A stretch of 64,000 nt of DNA from Proteromonas lacertae (GCA_002245135.1 NGBS01000584.1:62001-126000), one strand, 5' to 3'; shown: positions 42,065 to 56,163, numbered from the stretch's first letter. Numbers and translations are program-made. The notes: generated by a model from the sequence alone, not told the origin.

Positions 42065-45000
42065 TTATTTTGCAACTACTTCCTGTAATTTTGTTAATGC
42101 TATTCCAAATGCTTGAACAAGAGACAAGGGATATTTATAATCCAATACCCACGATTGTTCTATTCTAAATAATCTCAAAACAGGAGCTGGAATATACAAT
42201 GGCTTTTTACTTACTTCTAAACTCCTCACTAATTTATTCACTTTTTCTCTTGCTGGTTTTGCTTTGCTTAAAAACAAAACTTCTTCATCAGCTTCAACAT
42301 CATTGTTTTCTTTTAAATTATACTTAATTGGAGGTAAAGATAAGCAAAATGATTTACAATCAGTATCATTCTGAGTTCCAGAGACATTTATTTCTTCAAA
42401 GAATGCTGAAAAATGGTCTTTCTCTGATTTTGATGATGTATAAGCGTCTTCAGGTGTTTCATAAGTGGGAATACAGACTTGGTAGTTATAGGCAGGATAA
42501 TGAGACTTCTCTTCTACTTTAATTACTGCTAAATCTTTATAAGTACCATCATCAGTTCCAATAATTTCTGGATCATCATTTATAAGCAAAAAGATTGAAC
42601 CATTTGGATGACAAATTAATGTTGCTAAATATCCTTCACTTTTTCTATTCTTTAAAACATCATCAATATCTAAAGACATTATTATTTTATCTCCATATTG
42701 TTTTGCATAACAGATTGTAATAAACTCTTCAGAAGCATCAGGTAAGAAAAAACCACATTCATAATACTATATAAATATAATTAATATATGTATACTGTTG
42801 ATAAAAGTTTAGTTTGTTTATTAATTTGTACTCTAACATAAGCATTTCCATTAGGTGATTGAAATGGACAAACAAAACAGAAGTTTTTAATTTCACTAAA
42901 CTCCAAACCTGGTAATGAAGACATATCATAATATAAAGAAACTTTTCCATTCAAATTCTTTACAGTATAACATGGTGGTAAATATATTCCAGTTCTCACA
43001 TAAAAACCTCTGAAATATCTTGAAATTGTTGTAACAGCTTGTATCTTTCTTTCTCTTAATCTTTGAGCTTCTTCTTTCCATCCTTTTATTGCTTTTGGTA
43101 ATAATCTAAACTTGAAACAATTGAATGCTTTAATTCTGTTTTCTTTACGTCTTGCTTCATTTTCTTTAGTTATTCTGCAGTATTCTTTAAACACAGGAGT
43201 GATTAATTTCTTATTACTATATTCTATAGCTATTTTCATTTGTTCTCTTCTAAATTCAACTACTCTAACCCATTCTTTGAAATGATTCTTCAGAGTTATT
43301 CCATTATGCTTCTTCAAACCAATATCTACCTTTTCTTGTCTTAAATCTATCAATTCCAAAATATAATCTTTCCATTCAGTAAATACTTTGATTTGACAGA
43401 GTGTATGATAATGTGCAACAGATTTTAATTCATGTTCATAACGAATACTGAGAAGATGTAATACATATTTACTCCATGAATCAAAATATAACTTTAACAG
43501 ATGTGTCTTATAATGTAAAACAGCTTTATGTTCTTTTTCTTTTATTTGATTTACATTTTCAATAGCATTCTTATTCCATGTTTTAATACATGATCTCAAT
43601 AATCTAATCTTATCATGTTTAACAGCAATCATGAAATGTTTCCATTCTTTCATCATTTTTGTAAGAATCTTTGAATTATAGTGTTTAATAGCTTTTTCAT
43701 TATTCACAATATTTGATTGATTCAATTTAGTAATATAATTTTTATATACAATAAAATTCTTTCGCAATAAATGTGATTTATAGAAGTTAATTGCTTTTTC
43801 TACTTTATTTGGATCTACAGCATTCTGTAATTGTGAATATCTCAACCATTTTGCCATTATTCTTCTTTGCATTGTTCTATGATAATGATTTTCTGCTTTA
43901 ACCATATTATTATGTACTTTTTGAATATATTTCTTCCATGTTCTATAAGTTAGTTTCATACCACTCTTAGAATAGAAATCAGATGCAATTTTGTTCTTTT
44001 CTGGATCTTCTTTGTTTTGTTCAATTGTATATTTATTCCACTCTCTAAGTATAATTTTCATTACTTGTTTTTCTCTAAATCCAGCTGCTTTATTCATCTT
44101 TTCAGTGTTCATTTTATTCATTTCATCTATATAGCCCAACCACATATTAATTGTCTTACCTTTCAGCTTTTTGTTATAAAAATCATCTGCTTTTCGATAC
44201 TTTTTAGCAACAACTTCTAATAACACTTTCAAATTATCATACCATAACTCAATTACTCTCTTCTTGATATATTTATTATTCAAATGAACAGCTTTCATGT
44301 GTTTTTTCCAATCCTTCATCATATCAATCAACAACCTCTTATTATAATGATTAATAGCTACATTTTCATCTTCTTTTTCTTTCAACAACACTTTCTGAAC
44401 ATAACTATACCAAGATTTATAACTTTTATAAACCAGTGTATGAATGTAGTGTTTATTTGCTTTTTCATCATCTATAACTTCTTTCTTTTGATCTTTGACA
44501 TTATTATACCACAATTTGAAATATTTCTTATTAATTCTATCATTATAATGAGAAATTGATGAATTCTCTTTGATTTTCATATCTTTAATTTCTTTTACAG
44601 ATTCTTTCCATTGTTTTATTGATTTCTTCATCAATTTTTCATTATAATGTTTGTCTGATTTTGAAGCATTGAGTTTTTCTTCATCAATCAATTTCTTCAC
44701 ATAATTATACCATTTTTCTATTATCTTCTTTTCTATTGTGTTTCTGTAATGACTATTTGATTTAATGAGATTCTGTTTCTTCTTTGATGTAGTGTCAAAA
44801 ATATACTTTGACCAAGCTTTAAATGTCTTTTTCAACAAATGAGATATACAGAATTTTCTGGATTTTTCTTCATTCTTTTGGTTGATATCTTTCTGTTGAA
44901 TATGTTTATTCTTCCAGAGATTGTAACTATCTTTCTTTAAGTTCTTATTATAACAATTATTTGCTTTAGCTAAATCTTTAGGATCAGTAGAATTAATGTA

Positions 45001-48000
45001 TTTTGTAAACTTGTTCCAATTCTTGATAGTTCTTTTCTTAATCTTTTTATTGTTGAATTTCATTGCTTTTTGATTATTCTTATGATATGTGTCGATAAAT
45101 TTCTTCCATTTCATATAGCATTTAGTTAATTCAGTATGTTTAAAATGATTTTCAGCTTTCTCAACTTCTTCAGGTATTTCAGTGTTTTGATCAATTGAAT
45201 ATTTGTTCCATCTTGTTATAATTCTCTTCAGGATTATTGGATTTCGATGATTTACTGCTTTATTATAATTATTTTTACAAACTTCATGATATTTCTTCCA
45301 TAGTTTATAATAATCTTTCAATACATTCTTATTGTAATTCTTATTTGCTTTAACAACATCTTTTGGATCAGTTGAATTGATATATTTTGTGCATTTATTC
45401 CAATATTTGATTGTTTTCTTCTTCAATTGTCGTTTATTAAACTTGTCTGACTTTTCAACATTCTTGTGATATACATCTATATATTTCTTCCACAATTTAT
45501 AATATTTTATTAATCCAACTCGCTTAAAGTGATTTTCAGCTTTATCAACTTCTTCAGGTATTTCAGTGTTTTGATCGATTGTGTATTTATTCCATTCTCT
45601 TAAGATTTTCTTTAATATTATTGGATTTCGATGATTAATTGCTTTGTTGGTATTATTATGATGTAATTCTACATTCTTCTTTAATAAATTCATTCCGATA
45701 TTCAACAGTCGTTTAGCATTGTGTAAATTACTCTTTTCTAGTTCTTCTTCAGTTGTTAGTTGAGATTTATAATATTTATTCCATTCTTTTATTACTCTCT
45801 TCTTCAAATTAATGTTGAATTTCTTATTCGCCTTATTCACATTATTGTGAAGTATTTCTATTAATTTCTTCCAATTATTTATTGAATGTTTCTTTAGATT
45901 CTTATTATAACAATTAGTAGATTTCTCAACATCCTTTTCATCTACTGAATTTATATATTTCGTATATTTACTCCATTTTGTTAAGATTCTCTTCATTAGT
46001 TTCTTTTCACTAAATACAACAGCTTTAATATTTTTATTTTCAAGATATTTCTTCCATAAAATTATGAATTTCTTGGATAATACACTAATATGATGTTTAT
46101 TAGCTATTGCTATATGTTGTCTAGTTATTATTGCTTCTTCTTTTGTGTATTTATTCCAATGTTTAACTATCTTCTTCTTCATTTTTCTATTATAGAATTT
46201 ATCTGATTTTTCAACATTCTTATGATATGTTTCTACACTCTTTTTAAATCCTTTCTTGAAATATTTTGTTAATTGTTTAATTCTGTAATGATTTTCAGCT
46301 TTCTCAACTTCTTCAGGTATTTCAGTGTTTTGATCAATTGTATATTTGTTCCATCTTGTTATAATTCTCTTCAGGATTATTGGATTTCGATGATTTACTG
46401 CTTTATTATAATTATTTTTATAAATTTCATGATATTTCTTCCACAACAAATAAGTCTTTTTTAGCAATGAATTATTATAATGTTTACTAGCAATGATTAC
46501 ATGTTCTACATCTAATTCTCTTTCGTTTTGAGTAAATTTGAACCAATTTCTATATTCTTTTATCAATAATTTCTTAGTATAACTCTTATCAGCAGTTTCA
46601 ACATTCTTGTGATATACATCTATATATTTCTTCCACAATTTATAATATTTTATTAATCCAACTCGCTTAAAATGATTTTCAGCTTTATCAACTTCTTCAG
46701 GTATTTCAGTATTTTGATCGATTGTGTATTTATTCCATTCTCTTAAGATTTTCTTTAATATTATTGGATTTCGATGATTAATTGCTTTGTTGGTATTATT
46801 ATGATGTAATTCTACATTCTTCTTTAATAAATTCATTCCGATATTCAACAGTCGTTTAGCATTGTGTAAATTACTCTTTTCTAGTTCTTCTTCAGTTGTT
46901 AGTTGAGATTTATAATATTTATTCCATTCTTTTATTACTCTCTTCTTCAAATTAATGTTGAATTTCTTATTCGCCTTATTCACATTATTGTGAAGTATTT
47001 CTATTAATTTCTTCCAATTATTTATTGAATGTGTCATAAGGTTGTTGTTATAGCAATTATTTGACTTTTCTATATCCATTTCATCTACTGAATTTATATA
47101 TTTCGTATATTTGCTCCATTTCTTCAATAATTTCTTCATCAGTTTCTTTTCACTAAATACAACAGCTTTTGTATTTTTATTTTCAAGATATTTCTTCCAT
47201 AAAATTATGAATTTCTTGGATAATACACTAATATGATGTTTATTAGCTATTGCTATATGTTGTCTAGTTATTATTGCTTCTTCTTTTGTGTATTTATTCC
47301 AATGTTTAACTATCTTCTTCTTCATTTTTCTATTATAGAATTTATCTGATTTTTCAACATTCTTATGATATATTTCAATATATTTCTTCCACAATTTATA
47401 ATATTTTATTAATCCAACTCGCTTAAAGTGATTTTCAGCTTTCTCTATTTCTTCAGGAATTTCAGTGTTTTGATCGATTGTGTATTTATTCCATTCTTTT
47501 AAGATTTTCTTTAATATTATTGGATTTCGATGATTAATTGCTTTATTGTTATTATTATGATATATTTCAATACATATCTTAAATAATTTCATTGCTTTAT
47601 TCAGAAGTTGTTTTCTATAATGCGTTTTACTCTTTTCTATTTCTTCTTCGGTTATTAGTTGAGATCTGTAATAGTCATACCATCTATTGATTACTTTCTT
47701 CTTCATATTACTAGTATATTTCTTATTCGCTTTATTTGTATTATTGTGAAGCATTACAATGAGTTTCTTCCAATTATTCATTGAATGTTTCTTAAGGTTG
47801 TTGTTATAGCAATTAGTAGATTTCTCAACATCCTTTTCATCAACTGAATTAATATATTTCGTATATTTACTCCATTTCTTCAATAATTTCTTCAATAATC
47901 TAATTCTTCTAAACTCTTGAGAGTTTTTAACTTTCTGTTGGAATTGTAAGTGATACTTTAGATAAATCTGGAAATGTTTTGATAATAATTTCCTATCATA

Positions 48001-50381
48001 ATGATCATAAGCTTTGATATAATCTTGAGTATGTACAAGTTGAGATAAATAGTATTTATACCATTTATGAATATACTTCCTTCTTAATTTCTTTTTATTA
48101 AATCTTATAGCTCTCTTCATATGTCTATGCATCTTCTTAGTGAAATATTTCCATTCTTTATAATATTTATAAGTTATTCTATGATTATAATGATTATATG
48201 CGATTATAGTATTCTCTTTTTCTTCTTTTACCACTCTCTTTACATATTTATACCAATTAGTAATAAACTTTGCAAGTGTCTTAATTATAAATTGTTTTTC
48301 AGCTTTTTCATTATTCATTTTTGTAATTGGAATAATCTTCTTCCATTGAGTAAAGAGTTTAGTTTTCATATGCTTTTGATAGTGTTTATCAGCTTTTTTA
48401 ATAGCAATTGGATGTAAAGCAAATTCATACCAAATCTTACAACTTTTATCTTTAAGAAATTTATCATAATAAATTTGAGCTCTTATATCTTTAGCTTGTA
48501 AATCATCAACATAATTAACCCATTTTCTAAATGATTTATTAGTGAGGGTTTTATTCCTATGTTCTCTAGCTTTTAGTTCATCCTTTTCATGTCTAATATT
48601 ACTTTCTAAAGCATAATGATACCAAGCAATTGATGTTTTCTTTGCTATTTTTTCATTATAATATCTGATTGATTTTGGAATTAATGATTGTAGATGATAA
48701 TAATAATTATACCATCTAATAAAATGTTTCTTTAACATCTTTAATCTATAATAAAGTTTTGCTCTTGATTCAAATGCTGGATTTGAATATGAATCTACAT
48801 CAACAACATGATTCTCACTCATATATTTCTTATATTTCATATACATTCTATCAAAATAATATATTTAATATATACTTTGAATGATTCTGTAATGTGACTA
48901 ATTTATCATAATAAGAAGCTTCAAAACATTCCAATTGTTTATAAAATTGATAATAACTTATACATCTTTCATAATATGGTCTATTATTTATTGTTGAAAT
49001 AAGACTTCTTCTTGGTCTTATTAATTTCTGCTGTAAATTCTCTAAGTTTCGAATATCACCTTCTAATTTCATTTTAGTCTTCTATATTTCGTTAGAAAAA
49101 TTAAAAGTTATACAGCATTTTTGTATTGTATTATTACAGAATCTGTTGATGATATTGAATTGTTTATTTTACTTAATTCATATTTTGCTGTTAATATATC
49201 CATTTCAACTTTTATTGAATTATTTGATGTGTTTTTATTAATGAAATTATTGATGTAATCTTTTCTATCTTTTATTAACCTACTATTATTATTAATAATT
49301 TGCTTTATTTCTATTGGAATTCTTTGATAATCTTTCATCAAATAATCAATCAAATCATCTGAAAATACAATAGTTTCACTATTTACTTTAATTATTGTAT
49401 GAACATAAGCTTGTATTGTCTGCATTGTTTTTATAATCAAATAATCCATTTAATACAGATGCTATTGAATCATCTGATAAAAAATAAGATTCTTTCTATT
49501 TATAATAATAATAATAATTAAAATGATTATACTGTGCAATTATTTACATATATATATTGTCTGATTATTAAATAAAAAGACAGTAAATCATTCTCTTCAT
49601 TAGAAGATAGAAATGATCTGAAATATCTGACTATTGGCTGATTATTACAGTTTTCAATTGAATATATCATATTATATCCTTTCTATAATTATAGTATATA
49701 TTATTGTTATAATATATATACATTTCTGACGAGTGAAATATCTAAACATTCTTTACATAATAAATAATAGACATGATATGGAAATGGATCTAATATTAAA
49801 TCATCTTTCTATTTCATTTTAATAATATATAAATATACTTTCATTGAAAAGCATGTTTCATAATCGTATCTTTTAGAAAATATATACAACACTTGCTTCA
49901 TTAAATCTTTGGTTGGAATAAGTGAGTATGAAGGAGGAGAAAAAAGTGAATCTGGAATAAAAGATAGGAATAAAGACTATTAATTCTTTATTAATAGGAT
50001 ATTACATACATATTTTTTGGAAATATCAGAAGTTAACCCAACAAGCCTTGGAGAAACAGGTGATTCTGGTCTTTCTATTTTTGGAAGTTGTTTAGGCCGT
50101 CTAGGTAATTGACCGAGGTGTGTAGATAATATATTATCCGTATCACTCGCAGTTCTGCTTATATCTCCTTTACGAACCAATTTTAATGGTTTAATACCTT
50201 CACTATCAGATCTTCTTAAAGCAGATGCTGAACGACATTTTTGAGGAGTTTGTATATAAAAATCGCCGAAATTTACTGATTTTGAGAGAGGAGTGACATC
50301 TGGATTAGACCTATTTGTAGAAATAGGTGCTAGTGATGGTGGTGTCCTTCTAAATGACGATATTCCCCTTCTTTCAGTCAT
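42065..50381 (-). CDS. Giant protein (about 2600 aa): Sfi1-like Trp repeats, IQ motif, C-terminal Tubby domain
   Basis: Seven GT-AG introns join the ORFs at 49980, 49108, 48851, 42781 and 42065 in frame. Periodic A...(H/Y)....L.K.....W repeats, ISRYFRGFYVR, and terminal LDYKYPLSLVQAFGIAL. Confidence 0.75.
45140..47370. repeat. About 1.14-kb near-identical intragenic tandem duplication
   Basis: CTTCCACAATTTATAATATTTTATTAATCCAACTCGCTTAAA occurs at about 45487 and 46630, with a third partial copy near 47387. Long identical peptide blocks recur in the ORF. Confidence 0.9.
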
Positions 50382-50509
50382 TAAGTGGTCATATGACTCA
50401 AAAAATTATAAAAATAAAATTATAAAACGATCTTTCTCAAAATAGATTTGAATTGTTTTTTCAATTTTGTTAAACACATGAAAAACAACAATTTATAATA
50501 AATTATAAC

Positions 50510-52437
50510 TTAATTTACATCAATTGGAGAGGTTGCAGGTTCAACTTCAGTAAAGTCTGCTGTTTCACCAGCTCTGTATCTTCTTCTCTCAACTGCTTTT
50601 ATATAAGCTCTTCTTTCCCTTCTAATCGTGATCCAATTAAGAAAATCATAAATAAGATAAAATCAACCACAAAAAAAGATATTTTTCTAGATTTCCTTGT
50701 GTTGTTCTTTCTCTTTTCATTTCATCATTGTTCACTCTTTCAGCTAATCTAGTCTCATTTATCTTTTGTGATTTGCCTATTCTCTCCCACATTCCTTTAT
50801 TTCTTTCATAATAACTCCTTAAATATTCTGGTTTTTGATATGCTAAATGATGATCAAAACTTTGTGTTGTTGTTGTGAATCTACCTTGTCGATTGATAGA
50901 AGAAGGAGATCCATTCTAATAATTAAATAACAACATATAAATAATACAATAGGAACAGTCAATCTAAATGTATTTGGTCTTGGAGTCTATTACAAGAATA
51001 AATAAAATCTAAATAAACATACACTTTCAAATCTAGAATGATACTTTACTTTTGGAATTTGTGGTATAAATCTATTCAACGGAACAATTGGTAATTCACT
51101 ACCATCCTTCTCCCTCCAGAAATGCCTTCTAATAACCAAAGGTCGTTTAAATTCAGCTACAAATCCTGTTCCATTCATTACAGTACAAATTGGTGTTAAT
51201 ACTTCCATCAAATCAGCTTCATCAATATAACCGTCTTTATTACTATCTAATAAATCAATTAATTCATCTGCTTCGCCATCTTCTAATGGTAATTTGTTTA
51301 AGAATTTATTAAAATCTTCATTACTTATGTAACCATCCTATTTAAAATAAAAATTAACAATTATACTTTATTTTTGTCCAATGAAATAAACAATTGTCTT
51401 ACTTTCATTATACTGTGTGGTAATAAATCAGTAACTTCTTTTCTATTTCCTAATTTTTCAATAATATCAGGTATTTTGGTAAAATCATGAACTTTTCTTG
51501 GCTTTAATTCTCTTGGATGAAGTCTTTCTCTTTGTTCCTCTGCTGATAATGATAAAAACTCTCTGAATTCTATTAGATTGAAATCTTCTTTATCTGAACT
51601 ATGGTTATTTATTAATTTAATTAACTCTTTAGCTGCTTCTTCAGTAACGTCTAAATGATACATATCAAAATATTTGACTAATTCTTTTGAGTTGGCAATA
51701 TCAGCAGTTTTACTACCTGTTATTATAGTAAACTCATGGAAGGGAGAACTACAGTTTGCTCTATTATGTAAATGTTCAATCATTCTTTGAATCACTGTGT
51801 TATTATCAATTATAATTTGAGTTACATTCATTGGATATAATGGATCATCGGTTCTATTGTATTTAGGATTTCTATCTATTTCTGGAGTTGGTGGTGGTGA
51901 TAGTTTTCTAAAATCGTTTATGAATCTTTCAAAATCTATCTCATCCTTGTGGTTTGGATCAATTATGTTCATTAATTCTTTTGCTTCATCTGCTGTGATT
52001 TCTACATGTAGCATTTTAACACCTTCCATAAACTCTTCTCTTGATATTCTATTATTTTGATCTAAATCGAATTTCCTAAATATTTCTAAAATGTAATTTT
52101 GTTCCTTTTCTTTTATTTTTTGTCTTAAGTTATCATATATATGTCTTGGTAACGATTTATAAGGTAATGGTCTTATACTTCTAAATGTAGGTCTTGTATA
52201 AGGTGGAGTTAATGGTCTATTACTAGATGGACCAGTTAATCTTAAAGGCTTCAAATTTTCAGGTTTATCTATTTTGGGAGACCAACATCTTCTTGTAAAT
52301 CTTCTTTGATGAGTGATTGGGCTAAAATCTTCATCTCTAACAGATATAAATCGTTTTAAAATATACTTTGTTCTATTACTTCTACCAATATTACATCGTG
52401 GTCTATATCTAGGCGATAATACTGCATCTAGAGACAT
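50510..52437 (-). CDS. Multi-EF-hand calcium-binding protein
   Basis: DLDQNNRISREE, DPNHKDEIDFE, DKNK|DGYISNED and DSNKDGYIDEAD loops. Multi-exon. Confidence 0.8.
50628..50682 (-). other. Candidate AT-AC (U12-type) intron in the EF-hand gene, 55 nt
   Basis: Minus strand reads ATATCTTTTTTTG...TTTTCTTAATTGGATCAC. Removal gives an in-frame GNLEK-IRRERRAY junction. Confidence 0.7.
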
Positions 52438-53017
52438 TTTTAATAAAAAACAGTCATATACACAAACATTGTTTGATTATCTTTATTTCTCTAATTAAAA
52501 TGTATTATTATAATATGACAGTATATTTGTTGAAATATTATTGCATGAAATAGACTCAAAAAATAATTTTCAAAAAATAGCAAAATCTGTATTTCAAAAA
52601 TTTGAATTTTAGGAGATAATCATATCAAGTGCAGACATACATAATGTATTCGTAATATTTTCTGATTAATCATACATCTCCTATTCTTTCATCAAGATTT
52701 TCTCGGAAATATCATAAAAGAATATTTCATATCGGCCTTTTGTTATATCATTGAAAGAGTTTTTTTAATAAAATAAAAAAATGAGCTTTTACTTTATAAT
52801 AATAGAGTTTTACTCAGATACCTGGCACTATATCATAAGCTTAATTATTAGCTTCATATATGCATAATATCTTCCAGAAATCTATTAAAATTCAATAAAA
52901 ACCCTTTATACTTACCTAAAAATACAAAATTATAAAATTAATAAATATATATTCGTTTTATCTAATTATTTTCTTTCATTACACATCAATAAAAGAAAAT
53001 AATACACAAATAATAGT

Positions 53018-55281
53018 TTAATATGATAAATTATCCTTCCATCTTGGATATGGAACAATATCTTTAATACTTTTCATTCCTACAATATACTTTACTAATT
53101 TATCAAAATAAACTGTAAATCCTCCATGATTAGTATTTCCATATTTTCTTAAATCTAAATACCATCTCATTGTATTTTCATCACATCCACATTCTTTCAT
53201 TTTTTCTTCTAAAACTTCAATTCTATCTTCTTTCACACAACCTTCTCCTATTATTCCTATTTCTGGTAATGTAACATCAAATGAATAACTATATTTATTA
53301 TCAATTCCAGTCTTAATATAGAATTTACTTTTATCAACTGGTTTATGATATTCAAATACTCCTTTTTCTCCTTCTTTTACTGTTTCACCTTCTTTATATT
53401 CTACTCTTTTAAATGGATTTAAAACTATTTTGTTTAATGTATCGATCTTTGATTCTATCTCTTCCGCTTTAGTAAACACATTCTTTAATTCATTTTTATT
53501 CTTTTCAATTACATAACATAAACAATATTTAATATAATCTTCACATATATCCATCAAATCTTCCATTTCAACAAAACTCATTTCAGTTGTCACATACCAT
53601 CTTTCACTTAATTCTTCTTCTTCTTCTGTATTTGTATTAAACACTGGATTAAATGAATAAACATCACCTAATGATAAACAGAAAGGTTCAATGGATAATT
53701 CATTGGATTGGCAAAGTGTAACTTCTCTCTTAAAGAAATCTTCAGTGTAATCTATTTTTCCATCTTTAGTATATTTCATTTGTTTCTAAATTATTACAAT
53801 AATAATAACAATATATTCATACTGTTTTATCATTAAACATAGTAGTAACATTAAAAACAGAATCACATACTACTGGTTTATTTGATGTAATAATAGGTGG
53901 ATTAATGTAGATAAATCCATGTTGATTATAAAATAAGTGAGTAGCAAATGAACAACTGTTTCTGACTTTCATAATATTTCCATACTATTGATAAGATTAA
54001 TAAATAAATATATATGTAATACAATCTTGTTTCTAGGTCTTAAATGATAAATTGATTGAATTGCACTAATATCATCTTTATCAATTAACAAATCACCATT
54101 ATTCTGACTTAACGAAACAATCTCATTAACATTCATTTTTACATTTCCTTCAAGTTTCTTTGATATTATGCCTTTCACTTCTATTGTATAATTCTTTCTT
54201 ATTTTCAAATCTTCTGAAATATTATCTTTATTAATTGTAAGTGTCAAACAATCATAATATGAACCATCATTTATATCAACTTCAACCATATTCTTATCTT
54301 CTGATTCTCTGATAGTTTCAATCCATCCACATACCTTAATCTCATTGTTATTCATATTTGAATCATTTATATTATAGATATCTTGTATGTATACTCTTTT
54401 TCTTGTATATTTATAACTCAAATTCGTTGATAATATAGCTACATTTTTGTTAATTGCATTGATATCATACTCTGGATAATTTCTCTTTATATCTATTTTT
54501 CTATTCTCTATTTTAACATCTTTTTCTTTTCTAGTAACTTCTATATCTTGTTTCTTTTTCTTCTTATTTAATTCATTTTGAGTAGCATAATATGTTATAT
54601 CTCCTAACACATCATGAATTTCAGTCTAAACGAATAAAAAATAGAAGTAATATACAATTGTTAGACAATTTGAGAAATACTTTGTTAAAACAGGTAATTC
54701 ATTTCTTTCTTTCTCAGTTAATATCATTTTGAATACATTCCAAAGATCGCACACTAATGATATATCAGCAAAACTTAATTCATCATCTATTAGATATTTA
54801 TGATGCTTTAATTCTTCTTCAATAATCATTAGTTTATTCTTCAAATCTTTCTTTGATTCTTTACTAACCTATTTATTAAGAAAAGATATTAATTTTCATT
54901 ATACTACTCTATTTTCTCTTATTTTTTTAAATGAAGGGAATGTCAATACTCCTATTGGAACTTCAAGTTCGTTCATTTCAAAATCCAACCATTTATCAAC
55001 CATAGCTTTTCTAAAGTCAGTTGCTCCATATAAACTACTAGCAGTTGGTAAAGTACCAAACATTCTGATAATTGTGTTTGCAGAAGTAAAGGTATTTGTT
55101 CCACAAGATAATATTGGTGTCTTTTCACTATCTCCAGTAACTTCAATATGTTTTACTGGGAATTTAGTAAGTTTCTCAATAATACTGATCTAACTCATTA
55201 AATAGATATTTGATATACCTTTTTTGAATTATAATCCTCATTATTATATTTTAATGTAAAATGACAATTAATTCTGTTCAT
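53018..55281 (-). CDS. GST-like domain fused to a degenerate asparaginyl-tRNA synthetase-like protein
   Basis: N-terminus SANTIIRMF...LYGATDFRKAMVDKWLDF...YLIDDELSFADI (GST/EF1B-gamma-like). OB fold VCGWIETIR...INDGS. Core DGKIDYTEDFF and WYLDLRKYGNTNHGGF...DIVPYPR. Confidence 0.8.
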
Positions 55282-55369
55282 ATTCAACCCAAAATCAAAG
55301 AAAATCAATAAAACCAATCAAACAGTAATCAAATAAAACTAACTCATATACTAAATAAATATATATTAT

Positions 55370-56163
55370 TTATAACTTATCAAATTGTAAAACTGTATAG
55401 TATGCTACGTTTGTATATTTCTCTTTATACCTCACAACACAGCCAGAAACTAGACATCCTTTCACAGATGTCACTTCTTTCAGTATTGAACAATATAAAT
55501 GATTAATAACAGAATTGTGAGGTACAACTCTTGATGGATAAGTCGAAATTGGTTTTCCTATAGGTATATTTCTATATATCGGAGGTAGAGCAGGTGGTTC
55601 AATAAATTTATCTTTTGAAATTCTTTCCCTTGAAAACTCTGAATCATCATATACTTCATCATCTAATATTGCTTTAGTTTCATCTATTGGTTGAAAATTT
55701 CGTAGATCTAATATATTATTTACATTACCATTGCCATCTGCTTGGTGTTCAATTTTGTTTGAGAATTTCCATTGACCATCAACTATAAATTTATATTGTT
55801 GTATAGAATTCTTTGGTAAGTCAACTATTAGACTGAAATCATTTCCGCTTCTATGCATTTGTATCTAATTTTATAAATATCCACAAAAATATACATTAGT
55901 CTGCCAACCGTTAAATGTCCCTGATAAAAACACATGTTCACCACCTTCATCCCAGTGGAAAACATAGGGAACAGTATCTGAGTCAGATTCTAAATATATA
56001 ATCAACATTATTATACGAATTAAATCTTCATCTTCTATATTGGCTATGAAACTATAAATATGAAATAAATAAAGTAATACGACTCATGTTGAAGACAATT
56101 AAGCTTTTTCTCTTCAACAATGGCCTTTAAATTTTGTTTAAATTTCGAATTTTTCGATCCCAT
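55370..56163 (-). CDS. AMP-activated/SNF1 kinase beta subunit
   Basis: MGSKNS start, VFHWDEGGEHVFLSGTFNGW, QYKFIVDGQW (CBM), and PPALPP...VINHLY...RYKEKY (ASC domain). Confidence 0.92.

Noticed and set aside
7939..48417. Many hydrophobic or Ser/Leu/Phe-rich antisense and alternate-frame ORFs in the ORF track
   Set aside because: They are shadows of coiled-coil and low-complexity genes on the other strand or frame, and have no independent motifs.
42781..48846. Periodic repeats as a CRISPR-like array or mobile element
   Set aside because: They are protein-coding repeats in one continuous frame, with no repeat-spacer structure, terminal repeats, or transposase/RT motifs.
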